Of a stretch of 64,000 nucleotides of DNA, positions 1 through 8,656 are shown one piece after another (the stretch's first letter is position 1; each line of letters begins with the position of its first letter). The DNA is taken from NCBI GenBank assembly GCA_963749075.1, contig CAVVLJ010000022.1, positions 32,001-96,000 on the forward strand, read 5' to 3'. The stretch comes from an uncultured Pseudomonadota bacterium. Its GTDB lineage: Bacteria; Pseudomonadota; Alphaproteobacteria; JACZXZ01. A program made the position numbers and the translations under genes. The notes under the pieces are model-generated. The model made no database searches and was not told the DNA's origin. It saw nothing but the letters and a program-made list of their open reading frames with translations.

Positions 1-771
1 GACCTCGCGGTTGAGCTCGCGCAGCCGGTTGCGCTGCTCGCGCTCCCAAAGCGGCACTTGTGCCACGAGGGCCTGGAGCTCGTTCTCCAGCGCCGCGAGG
101 TCGCTCTGGATGCGCGTGCGCTCGTCTGGCGCCAGCTTCTCGAAATCGGCGGGATTGATCACCTCGCCCTCGCGCACCGGGGCCAGGGCCAGCCCCATGG
201 GCGTGCGGATGAGGCCGATGCCCTTCGACATCGCCTTCTGCTGGAGGCCTTGGAAGGCCTCCTCGTGGCGGCGCTTGAACTCCTCCTCGATCACCGCCCT
301 GCGCGTGCGGTATTCCTCGCTCTCGAAGGCGGCGGGGATGGCGGCCTTGAGCTCGTCCGCGAAGCTCTGCACGTCGTCGCGGAAGGCGGCGGCACGGCCG
401 GCCGGCAGCCGCAGCGCCGCGGGCTTGCGCGCATCGGCGAAGTTGTTGACGTAGCACCAATCGTCGGGCACGGGCTCGCGTGCCGCCTGCTCGTCGAGTG
501 CCTGGCGCACGAGATGCTCCTTGCCCACCCCGCTCGGGCCGAGGGCGAAGACGTTGAAGCCCGGCCGCTTGATGCCGACGCCGAAGCGCAGCGCCTCGAC
601 CGCGCGCTCCTGCCCGATGATGCCGGCGAGCTCCTCGAGCTCCTCGGTGCTCTCGAAGGGCAGGCACTGGGGATCGCAGCAGCGGCAAAGCGCCGCCGGC
701 GGCAAGGGCTGCAGTGCCGCGGCGTCGCGCCCGGCTGCCGGCGGCCTGCTCGATGGGGTTTCAGGCTCCAT
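1..771 (-). CDS. Lon-like (LonB/AAA_32) ATP-dependent protease, 5' part (runs off window start)
   Basis: Manual minus-strand translation from ATG at 771: MEPETP...LPFESTEELEELAGIIGQERAVEALRFGVGIKRPGFNVFALGPSGVGK (Walker A). Absent from the ORF track because it has no stop in the window. Confidence 0.8.
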   Translation of the reverse strand, partial: MEPETPSSRPPAAGRDAAALQPLPPAALCRCCDPQCLPFESTEELEELAGIIGQERAVEALRFGVGIKRPGFNVFALGPSGVGKEHLVRQALDEQAAREPVPDDWCYVNNFADARKPAALRLPAGRAAAFRDDVQSFADELKAAIPAAFESEEYRTRRAVIEEEFKRRHEEAFQGLQQKAMSKGIGLIRTPMGLALAPVREGEVINPADFEKLAPDERTRIQSDLAALENELQALVAQVPLWEREQRNRLRELNREV

Positions 772-837
772 GCGCTCTCTCGGCGAGGATATTAGGTGAT
801 ATGCCGGGCGGATTAAAGCAGCCCGGCGGCGCGGCAA

Positions 838-851
838 TTGCATGAGGTCAA
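838..851. promoter_or_regulatory. Degenerate FNR/FixK box between divergent lon-like and pat genes
   Basis: TTGCAtgagGTCAA versus consensus TTGAT-N4-ATCAA. TATGTT -10 at 875-880 gives class II (-41.5) spacing for pat. Confidence 0.55.
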
Positions 852-921
852 TTGGGCGGCAGCGGCCGCGATGCTATGTTCGTCACGAAATGGCGGCAGG
901 CTGCGCGCGAGGATTCCCCGC

Positions 922-3627
922 ATGACCATTCGCAATCTCCAGTCGATGTTCCAGCCGCGCTCCGTCGCCCTGGTCGGCGCGAGCGAGCGCCCCGGATCGG
1001 TCGGCGAGGTGCTCGCGCGCAACCTGGTCCGCACGGGCTTCGCCGGGCCGATCATGCCGGTCAACCCCAAGCACCAGGCGATCCAGGGCGTGCTCGCCTA
1101 TCGCAGCGTCGCCGAGCTGCCGATCGCACCGGACCTCGGGGTCATCTGCACGCCGCCCGAAGCGGTGCCGGGGATCGTAGCCGATCTCGCCAAGCGCGGC
1201 GCCAAGGCCGCGGTGGTCATCACCGCCGGCTTCGGAGAGGGCGAGGACCGGCTCGGGGCCAGCCTGCGCCACGACATGCTCGAGGCGGCGCGCCCGCATC
1301 TCCTGCGCGTCGTCGGGCCCAACTGCCTCGGCATCCTGGTGCCCGGCATCAAGCTCAATGCCAGCTTCGCCCATCTCTCGCCGCTCGCGGGCGACCTCGC
1401 CTTCGTGGCGCAGTCGGGGGCCATGGTGACCTCGCTCATCGATTGGGCGACGCCGCGCGACATCGGCTTCTCGCACCTCGTCTCGCTCGGCGACATGACC
1501 GACGTCGACTTCGGCGACATGCTCGACTACCTCGCGGGCGATAGCGGCACGCGCGCCATCCTGCTCTACGTCGAGGGCATCACCGCGGCGCGCAAATTCA
1601 TGTCGGCGGCGCGCATCGCCGGGCGCTCCAAGCCCATCATCGTGGTCAAGGCCGGCCGGCGCGCGGAAGGCGCCAAGGCGGCAAGCTCCCACACGGGCGC
1701 CATGGCCGGCTCCGACGCGGTCTACGATGCCGCCTTCCGCCGCGCCGGCATGCTGCGGGTCTACGAGTTCGACGAGCTGTTCGACGCCGCGGAGACGCTG
1801 GCGCTCTGCCGCCCGAGCGAAGGCGACCGACTTGCCATCCTGACCAACGGCGGCGGCGTCGGCGTGATGGCGACCGACAGCCTGATCGAGGGCGGCGGCC
1901 GGCTCGCCCAGCTCTCCGCGGAGACCTTGGCAAAGCTCGACAAGGCGCTGCCGCGCACCTGGTCCCACGGCAACCCGGTCGACATCATCGGCGACGCACC
2001 GCCCGAGCGCTACAAGGCGGCACTCACCGCCCTCCTCGAGGACAGGGGGGTCGATGCCGTGCTGGCGCTCAACTGCCCGACCGCGGTCGCCTCCTCGACC
2101 GAGGCGGCGCGGGCGGTGATCGAGGCCGCGGCCGGGCGGCGCCGCAATCTCTTCACGAGCTGGGTCGGCGAAAGGGCGGTTGCCGAGGGGCGGCGGCTCT
2201 TCGCCGCGGCGCGCATCCCGAGCTACGGGGCGCCGAACCAGGCGGTGCGCGCCTTTCTCAACATGGTGCAATACCAGCGCAACCAGAAGCTCCTCATGGA
2301 GGTGCCGCCCTCGGTCCCCCAGCATTTCTCCCCCGACCACGCCGTGGCGCGGCGCCTGATCGAGACGGCGCTCGCCGCCGGGCGCGAGTGGCTCAGCGAG
2401 CCCGAGGCCAAGGAGATGCTCGACGCCTACCGCATCCCGGCGGTGCCCACGCGCGTCGCGCGCACGGCGGAGGAGGCGGCGGCCGCCGCCGCCGCCTTCG
2501 ATGCGCGGGCGGCGCTCAAGATCCTGTCGCCGGACATCACCCACAAGAGCGACGTGGGCGGCGTCGCCCTCGACCTCGAGACGCCCGAGGCCGTGCGGCA
2601 GGCGGCGGAGACGATGCTGAAGCGGCTCGGCGAGAGCCATCCCAAGGCGCGCATCGAGGGCTTCACCGTCGAGCCCATGGTGTCGCGTCCGGGCGCCTAC
2701 GAGCTCATCCTCGGCATGAGCGTGGACAGCCAGTTCGGACCCGTCCTGCTCTTCGGCCACGGCGGCACCGGGACGGAGGTGATCGGCGACACGGCGCTGG
2801 CGCTGGCTCCGCTCAACATGGCGCTGGCCCGCGAGCTGATGTCGCGCACGCGCATCGTCCGCCTGCTCCAGGGCTTCCGCAGCAATCCGCCGGCGGCACT
2901 CGATGCGATCGCCTTGACGCTGGTGAAGATCTCGCAGCTCGCCGTCGACCTTGCCGAGGTCGTGGAGCTCGATATCAATCCGCTCTACGCCGATGCGGAC
3001 GGCGTGGTGGCGCTCGATGCCCGCATCCGCGTGCGGCCCTCGAGCGGGAGTGCCGCGGCCCGGCTCGCGATCAGGCCCTATCCGAGCGAGCTCGAGGAGA
3101 GCATCACCGCTCCCGACGGCCGCGCCTTCGCGCTGCGGCCGGTGGTGCCCGAGGATGCCCCGGCCATCGTCGCCTTCTTCGCCGAGCTCGAGCCGGAGGA
3201 CGTGCGGCTGCGCTTCTTCGCGCCCATGAAAGCGCTGTCGCCCGTCCTCCTCGCGCGCTTGACGCAGATCGACTACGACCGCGAGATGGCCTTGGTACTG
3301 TGCGCGCCGGGCCGGCCGCCGGGCGACGGCGAAATCTACGGCGTGGTGCGTATTGCCGCGGACCCCGACAACGAGAAGGCCGAATATGCCGTCACCGTGC
3401 GCAGCGATCTCAAGGGCCACGGGCTCGGCCTCATGCTCATGCGCCGCATGATCGCCTATGCCCGCGGGCGCGGCATCCGCCTTTTGCACGGCGACGTGCT
3501 GCGCGAGAACACGCTCATGCTCGCCGTGTGCCGCGAGCTCGGCTTCGCCTTCGAGAGCATGCCCGGCGAGGCCGAAATCGTGCGCGTGTCGTGCGATCTC
3601 ACGCGGGCGGCGTCGCCCGCCGCATAG
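922..3627 (+). CDS. pat: Bifunctional acetate--CoA ligase family / GNAT protein lysine acetyltransferase (Pat/PatZ type)
   Basis: MTIRNLQSMFQPRSVALVGAS, VGPNCLG, SHTGAMAG, ATP-grasp-like HKSDVGGV, and a C-terminal GNAT domain (TQIDYDREMAL, KGHGLG). Confidence 0.92.
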   Translation: MTIRNLQSMFQPRSVALVGASERPGSVGEVLARNLVRTGFAGPIMPVNPKHQAIQGVLAYRSVAELPIAPDLGVICTPPEAVPGIVADLAKRGAKAAVVITAGFGEGEDRLGASLRHDMLEAARPHLLRVVGPNCLGILVPGIKLNASFAHLSPLAGDLAFVAQSGAMVTSLIDWATPRDIGFSHLVSLGDMTDVDFGDMLDYLAGDSGTRAILLYVEGITAARKFMSAARIAGRSKPIIVVKAGRRAEGAKAASSHTGAMAGSDAVYDAAFRRAGMLRVYEFDELFDAAETLALCRPSEGDRLAILTNGGGVGVMATDSLIEGGGRLAQLSAETLAKLDKALPRTWSHGNPVDIIGDAPPERYKAALTALLEDRGVDAVLALNCPTAVASSTEAARAVIEAAAGRRRNLFTSWVGERAVAEGRRLFAAARIPSYGAPNQAVRAFLNMVQYQRNQKLLMEVPPSVPQHFSPDHAVARRLIETALAAGREWLSEPEAKEMLDAYRIPAVPTRVARTAEEAAAAAAAFDARAALKILSPDITHKSDVGGVALDLETPEAVRQAAETMLKRLGESHPKARIEGFTVEPMVSRPGAYELILGMSVDSQFGPVLLFGHGGTGTEVIGDTALALAPLNMALARELMSRTRIVRLLQGFRSNPPAALDAIALTLVKISQLAVDLAEVVELDINPLYADADGVVALDARIRVRPSSGSAAARLAIRPYPSELEESITAPDGRAFALRPVVPEDAPAIVAFFAELEPEDVRLRFFAPMKALSPVLLARLTQIDYDREMALVLCAPGRPPGDGEIYGVVRIAADPDNEKAEYAVTVRSDLKGHGLGLMLMRRMIAYARGRGIRLLHGDVLRENTLMLAVCRELGFAFESMPGEAEIVRVSCDLTRAASPAA

Positions 3628-3660
3628 CCGGGCGCCGGCGCTGCCGCCTCGCGGTCCCGC

Positions 3661-3679
3661 ATGTCACAAACCGTCACAA
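3661..3679 (+). promoter_or_regulatory. 11-bp-period GTCACA direct repeat (Pho-box/OmpR-family-like site) upstream of the fixK-like gene
   Basis: ATGTCACAAACCGTCACAA, plus an inverted TGTGAC at 3725-3730. Confidence 0.4.
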
Positions 3680-3794
3680 TTTGTCGCCCATTGGCACCAA
3701 AATACCACTGCGTCGGCATCAGCGTGTGACAATCGCCGGTTATGACTTCCTCCGCGGGCAGGTTCGACTGTCCGGCCGAAACGGAGGATCAACG

Positions 3795-4511
3795 ATGTAT
3801 GCACAAGCCATCGCCAGCGCGCCGCGGACCGTCGATTTCGCCAATCTTGCCCTCTGCCGGGGGCTGGGGCGTCAGGCGGCCAGCAACGTCGTCGCCGTCA
3901 GCACGCTCGTCAGGTTCGTTGCGGGGAAGACCGTCTTCGCCGAGGGCGACGAGGCGGCCGGCGTCTACGAGGTCGTGCGCGGCACGCTCAAGCTCTACAA
4001 GCTCCTTTCGGACGGGCGTCGCCAGATCACCGGCTTCCTCTCGGCCGGTCACCTGCTCGGCCTGGCCTACGGCGAGCACTATCTCTATACGGCCGAGGCC
4101 GTCACCGAGGTCACGCTCTGCCGCTACGCACGGGCGCGCTTCGACCGCCTCATCGAGGAGGTTCCCGGCCTCGCCCGCATTCTGCTGGCGGCCACGTCCG
4201 ACGAGCTGCGCGCGGCGCAGGACCAGATGCTCCTCCTCGGCCGCAAGGACGCCATGGAGAAGATCGCGAGCTTTCTTCTCATGATGGCCGAGCGGCATTC
4301 GCCGCAAGGCGACGGAGACGAGATTCTCGTGCCCATGGGGCGCAGCGACATCGCCGACTATCTCGGGCTCACGACCGAGACCGTGAGCAGGACGCTCACC
4401 CGGCTCAAGCGCGAAGGGACGATCGAGCTGCCGACCGCGGTGCGCATCACGCTCTCGGACCGTGATCGCCTCGAGGAGCTCGCGGCCGGCGAAACGGACG
4501 AGCGCCTGTGA
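3795..4511 (+). CDS. fixK: Crp/Fnr family regulator, FixK-type (lacks full N-terminal Cys cluster)
   Basis: GGAGG RBS. DGRRQITGF, and the HTH MGRSDIADYLGLTTETVSR with the FNR recognition helix. Only one N-terminal Cys. Confidence 0.8.
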   Translation: MYAQAIASAPRTVDFANLALCRGLGRQAASNVVAVSTLVRFVAGKTVFAEGDEAAGVYEVVRGTLKLYKLLSDGRRQITGFLSAGHLLGLAYGEHYLYTAEAVTEVTLCRYARARFDRLIEEVPGLARILLAATSDELRAAQDQMLLLGRKDAMEKIASFLLMMAERHSPQGDGDEILVPMGRSDIADYLGLTTETVSRTLTRLKREGTIELPTAVRITLSDRDRLEELAAGETDERL

Positions 4512-4990
4512 GCGAAGGCCCGCTCGAGAGAATTCCCATGAGAAGATCCAACCCAGCGCACGCCGCGCGTAGCGGCAATGGCAGCCGGCTCTCGAGCGCC
4601 GCGGCGGAGCATGGCGCGCCCTATGCGGGCCTGCGGGCGCTGGTGGTCGAGGCCGACGTGGGCACGCGCCGGCTGTGCGAGGAACAGCTGGGAGTCCTGG
4701 GCTTTACCGTCTCTGCGGTCGAGACGGGCGTGGCCGGCGTCGCCGCGGCCCGCGTCCAGGCGCCGGACGTCATTCTCGTCGATCTGCAATTGCGCGACGT
4801 GCCCGGACTCGAGCTTGCGGGATGGCTGCGCGCAAATCCGGCGCTCGCCGCCACGCCCATCATCGCCATCAATGCACTTGCCCCTGCCGACGGTGCCCGC
4901 GGCCTGGCCGAGCGCGGTATCGAGCTCGTCCTGAGAAAGCCGCTCTCCGCGGCCGCGGTCGAGCGCGCCGTCCGCCGCGCCCTCGGCTAA
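4508..4990 (+). CDS. Single-domain response regulator (REC)
   Basis: PDVILVDLQLRDVPGLEL, TPIIA, LRKP. GTG start overlaps the fixK stop. Confidence 0.75.
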   Translation: MSEGPLERIPMRRSNPAHAARSGNGSRLSSAAAEHGAPYAGLRALVVEADVGTRRLCEEQLGVLGFTVSAVETGVAGVAAARVQAPDVILVDLQLRDVPGLELAGWLRANPALAATPIIAINALAPADGARGLAERGIELVLRKPLSAAAVERAVRRALG

Positions 4991-5042
4991 GGAGAGGCGC
5001 CGCGGAAAAGCGCCGGACGGGAGGGCCGCCGCCTCCGCGGCA

Positions 5043-5056
5043 TTGATCTATATCAT
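5043..5056 (+). promoter_or_regulatory. FNR/FixK box upstream of phasin
   Basis: TTGATctatATCAT, with TAGCCT -10 at 5079-5084 (class II spacing). Confidence 0.7.
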
Positions 5057-5183
5057 AGGCGAGGCCGCCTTTCGGGATTAGCCTTCATTTTAGGCAAGCG
5101 CTGAGCAGCGCGCTTGCGGCCTCGGGCGGCCTCCTGGAGGCGGCGGCGGGGCGATCCGGCAACATTCAGCAAGGAGGCGGACA

Positions 5184-5588
5184 ATGACAAAGGAGTCAGC
5201 GGCCGCTACGCCCCGACGCGAGAGCAAGGTCGTACCCTGGGGCGATTTCGAGGCCTTTTCCGGCATGAACCAACGGCTCATCGACAATGCGGCCAAAAGC
5301 CACGCGGCGATGGTCGACGGCATGTCCAAGCTGTACGAGGAGATGAGCGGCCTCGTGGAGACGCGCGTGCGCGAGGACATGTCGGCCTATGAGGAACTCA
5401 TGCGCTGCCGTACGCCGGGCGATTTCTTCGCCTGCGAGCGGCAATTCGTCGAGCGGGCGACGGCGCAGTACCTCGAGGCCGCGGGCCAAATGGCGGCACT
5501 GACGGCGCGCGTCGCGGGTGCGGCCTGGGCACCCTTGAACGCGAGCGCCGGCACGCCCGAGGCGCGCCAGGGAGCGAAGTCCTCTTAA
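5184..5588 (+). CDS. Phasin family protein
   Basis: AAGGAGG RBS. Amphipathic helical pattern (RVREDMSAYEELMRCRTPGDFFACERQF). Next to phaC. Confidence 0.7.
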   Translation: MTKESAAATPRRESKVVPWGDFEAFSGMNQRLIDNAAKSHAAMVDGMSKLYEEMSGLVETRVREDMSAYEELMRCRTPGDFFACERQFVERATAQYLEAAGQMAALTARVAGAAWAPLNASAGTPEARQGAKSS

Positions 5589-5622
5589 GGCTCCGGCGCA
5601 TCGGAGACGCCCGCCGGCGGGG

Positions 5623-5636
5623 TTGATCTGGATCAA
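5623..5636. promoter_or_regulatory. Perfect FNR/FixK box in a convergent intergenic region
   Basis: TTGATctggATCAA. No protein gene starts nearby on either strand. Confidence 0.8.
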
Positions 5637-5670
5637 TGCGGTCCCGGCCGGCGTCGATGTAGGGAATGGG

Positions 5671-5737
5671 TCTCTCTGAGCCCTCCCCTGCAAGCCGGAG
5701 AGCCGGCGGCCGTACTTGCGGTCGCCGGATTTTTTTT
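5671..5737 (+). ncRNA. Candidate FNR/FixK-activated small RNA (~67 nt) with anti-SD loop
   Basis: Predicted start 41.5 bp from the FNR box centre. Stem CUCUCUG/CGGAGAG presents a CCCUCCCC loop, followed by a GC terminator hairpin and U8. Confidence 0.55.
5703..5737 (+). terminator. Rho-independent terminator
   Basis: CCGGCGGCCG-TACTTG-CGGTCGCCGG followed by A and T8. Confidence 0.8.
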
Positions 5738-5799
5738 CGGGAGGAGAGGGCCGCCGAGCCGCCTCGCCGCCGAGGCGCAGTCTTGCCGGCGCGCCGCGC

Positions 5800-7725
5800 T
5801 CAGGCCTGGTGGACGTAGGTGCCGGGTGCTGGCTCGAGAGGCGGATAGCCCTTCTCCGCGGCACCCATCGGAGGCGGCGGCGTCTTGCCGGTTGCCTTGC
5901 CCTCGAGCCATGCGGCAAAGGCCGGCCACCAGGAGCCCTCGGCAACGGCGGTCCCCGCTTGCCAGGTCTCCGGATCGACGTAGCGCTCGCCGGGCTTCCT
6001 CACCCCGAGCCGATAGTGGCGGCCGGGATGGCCGGGCTCGCTGACGATGCCGGCATTGTGCCCGCCGCTCGTCAGCACGAAGCCGACCTCGGTATCGAGC
6101 ACGAGGTTGAGCTTGTAGACCGAGCGCCAGGGCGCCACGTGATCGCTCTCGGTCGCGACGGCGAAGACGGGGAGGCGGATGTCCTCGAGCGCCACCGGCC
6201 GGCCGCCCACGTCGTAGCGGCCCTCGACCAGGTCGTTGTCGAGGAAGAGCCGCCTCAAATACTCGCTGTGCATGCGGTAGGGCATGCGCGTCGCGTCGGC
6301 GTTCCACGCCATCAGGTCGTTGAGCGGCTCGCGCTTGCCCATGAGGTACTCGTGCACCAGCCGCGACCACACCATGTCGTTCGAGCGCAGCAGCTGGAAG
6401 GCGCCCGCCATCTGGCGGGTGTCGAGATAGCCCTGGTTCCACATCACGTCCTCGAGGTAGGCGAGCTGGCTCTCGTCGATGAAGAGCGTGAGCTCGCCGG
6501 CCTCGGTGAAATCGACCTGCGCCGCGAGGAGCGTCACCGAGTTGAGGACGTCGCGGTGCCCGCGGGCGAGAAGGCTTGCGGCGATGGCAAGGAGCGTGCC
6601 GCCGAGGCAGTAGCCGACCGCATTGACCTTGCGCCCGGGTACGATGGCCTCGATCGCCGCGAGTGCGGCGAGCACGCCGAGCCTGAGGTAATCCTCGATG
6701 CCGAGGTCGCGGTCGTCGGCGCCGGGATTGCGCCACGAGATCATGAAGACCGTGTGGCCGCGCTCGACGAGATAGCGCACGAGGGAGTTGTGGGGCGAGA
6801 GGTCGAGAATGTAGTACTTCATGATCCAGGCCGGCACGATGAGGACGGGCTCGGCGTCCACCTCCGCCGTGGCCGGGGCGTACTGGATGAGCTCGATGAG
6901 CCGGTTGCGGTAGATCACCTGCCCCGGCGTGGCCGCGATCTCCTTGCCGGGACGGAAGGCCTCGCTGCCGACGGGCGCGCGGCCGGCGATGACGCGCTCC
7001 CAGTCCTCGAGCGCGTTCACGGCACCTTGCACCAGGTTGGCGCCGAGGCTCTTGAGCGTGGTCTCGAGGAGCTCGGGGTTGGCCGCGATGAAGTTGGACG
7101 GCGAAATCACGTCGAGGAGCTGGCGCGCCACGAAGGACACCACCTGCTCGTGGTGCGGCGAGACGCCGTGCACCCCGGTCGTGGCGTTGTGCCACCATTG
7201 CTGGTTGAGGAGGAACCACTGGTAGATGAAGCGGAAGGGCGCCTGCTGCCACGCCGGATGATCGAAGCGCCGGTCGTGCGCGAGCGGCTCGATGCAGGGC
7301 GGCGTCGCGGGCTCGGCGAGGGCATGGGCGGCATGAACGGCGAAGCGCACCGACTTGCGCAGGCCCTTCTCGACGAGTGCTTCCTCTTTGCCCGGCGAGC
7401 TGGCGAGATGGCAGGCCCAATCGAAATAGGCGAGCGCCAGGCTGACCGGCGAGATCGACTGGGTGAACCGCCCCATCGCCGCGTGCACGAGGCGATCGAC
7501 GCTCGAGGGCTCCTCCGCGCGCTGGCGCCGACCCGAGGGCGCCTGGGGCGGCCGCGCCGCCGCCTCCTCCCTGCGGCCTGCGCCGGCCGGCAACGGGCGG
7601 CTGCCGAGCTTGCCGAAGCCGTCGAGGAGCTGCGCCATCTGCGAGGGCCAGAATGCCAGCCAGTCGGCTGCCGCCGCTGTCTCGGCCCGGGGCGCCTCCG
7701 GGGCACCTTGCGTCGTCATCGTCAT
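5800..7725 (-). CDS. phaC: Class I polyhydroxyalkanoate synthase
   Basis: PAWIMKYYILDL, lipase box GYCLGG, DLMAWNAD, DHVAPW, SGGHNAG, GSWWP. Confidence 0.93.
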   Translation of the reverse strand: MTMTTQGAPEAPRAETAAAADWLAFWPSQMAQLLDGFGKLGSRPLPAGAGRREEAAARPPQAPSGRRQRAEEPSSVDRLVHAAMGRFTQSISPVSLALAYFDWACHLASSPGKEEALVEKGLRKSVRFAVHAAHALAEPATPPCIEPLAHDRRFDHPAWQQAPFRFIYQWFLLNQQWWHNATTGVHGVSPHHEQVVSFVARQLLDVISPSNFIAANPELLETTLKSLGANLVQGAVNALEDWERVIAGRAPVGSEAFRPGKEIAATPGQVIYRNRLIELIQYAPATAEVDAEPVLIVPAWIMKYYILDLSPHNSLVRYLVERGHTVFMISWRNPGADDRDLGIEDYLRLGVLAALAAIEAIVPGRKVNAVGYCLGGTLLAIAASLLARGHRDVLNSVTLLAAQVDFTEAGELTLFIDESQLAYLEDVMWNQGYLDTRQMAGAFQLLRSNDMVWSRLVHEYLMGKREPLNDLMAWNADATRMPYRMHSEYLRRLFLDNDLVEGRYDVGGRPVALEDIRLPVFAVATESDHVAPWRSVYKLNLVLDTEVGFVLTSGGHNAGIVSEPGHPGRHYRLGVRKPGERYVDPETWQAGTAVAEGSWWPAFAAWLEGKATGKTPPPPMGAAEKGYPPLEPAPGTYVHQA

Positions 7726-7760
7726 GGCCGCAGCTTAAACGATCCAGGCCCCGCGCGGCG

Positions 7761-7774
7761 TTGATGCAGATCAA
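7761..7774. promoter_or_regulatory. Perfect FNR/FixK box upstream of phaC
   Basis: TTGATgcagATCAA. Minus-strand -10 TAAGCT at 7737-7732. Confidence 0.8.
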
Positions 7775-7950
7775 TGGCCGAAGGCCGCGCGCCCAGCGAC
7801 GCAGCACCGCGGCAGGGGGCGGCGATCGGCGGTCGCGAGCTGCCGCGCTGTTGCTTCGCCGATCCGCGCGGCTATACTTGCGCGGGATTGCCGCAGCGCG
7901 CGTCGTCCCCGTCGTCTTGCCTCGAGATTGCCGGAAGGGGGCTCCAGGAC

Positions 7951-8583
7951 ATGACGGAGAGGACGGCTGCCTACGCTGCCTTCGTCAGCCACGCGCCGCA
8001 GGACAAGCTCAAGGCCGATGCGATCTGCCGGCTTCTGGAGGCGCGCGGCCTGCCGTGCTGCCTGGCGCCGCGCGGCGCCCGTCACGGCGTGAACATCGCC
8101 GCGGAGACGCTGAGCGCGATGGGGCGCTCGCGCGCCATGGTGGCCGTGATCTCCAGGGCCAGCGAGGCATCGCGCGCCGTGCTGAGCGAGATGCGGACCG
8201 CGGCCGAGACCGGCATGCCGATGTTCGCCGTGACCGTCGAGCCGGTGGTGCCCGCCAGGGCGCGCGAGTTCGCCATCTCGGAGCGGCGCTGGATCGACGC
8301 CTCGTCGGGCGCGCTCGAGGATCACGTCGAGCGGCTGGCCGAGGTGCTCGCCGAGGCGCGGATCACGGCAACCGCCTGGGTCGGGCCGGACGCCGCGCAG
8401 CTTTCGCGGCGGCTGCGCTGGGCGACCGGGGTTCCCGCCATCATCGCCGTGCTCGTGTTCGCGGCCTTGCTGCTGTGGGCGTTTGCGCATCTGCTCGATA
8501 CGAGCCGCGCCCTGGGGGGTGCATTAGGACCGGCCTTCGGCGGCCCTGCCGCGGAGCCGGGAGGCCGCACCGGCCACCAGTGA
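7951..8583 (+). CDS. TIR-domain protein with C-terminal transmembrane helix
   Basis: AFVSHAPQDK..ADAIC..LEARGLPC..APR, SRAMVAVIS, S..V..E (TIR_2 pattern). Hydrophobic stretch IIAVLVFAALLLWAF. Confidence 0.7.
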   Translation: MTERTAAYAAFVSHAPQDKLKADAICRLLEARGLPCCLAPRGARHGVNIAAETLSAMGRSRAMVAVISRASEASRAVLSEMRTAAETGMPMFAVTVEPVVPARAREFAISERRWIDASSGALEDHVERLAEVLAEARITATAWVGPDAAQLSRRLRWATGVPAIIAVLVFAALLLWAFAHLLDTSRALGGALGPAFGGPAAEPGGRTGHQ

Positions 8584-8656
8584 GCGTCCACGTCCGGCCG
8601 CCCTGCCGCAGGGCACGCCGCTCTCGACCGCGGCGAGAGATTCGAGGAGTGCCGCC

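Noticed and set aside
2388-3794. Apparent 707-aa extended Fnr protein
   Set aside because: The upstream part is an off-frame shadow of pat. The real start is ATG 3795 with a GGAGG RBS.
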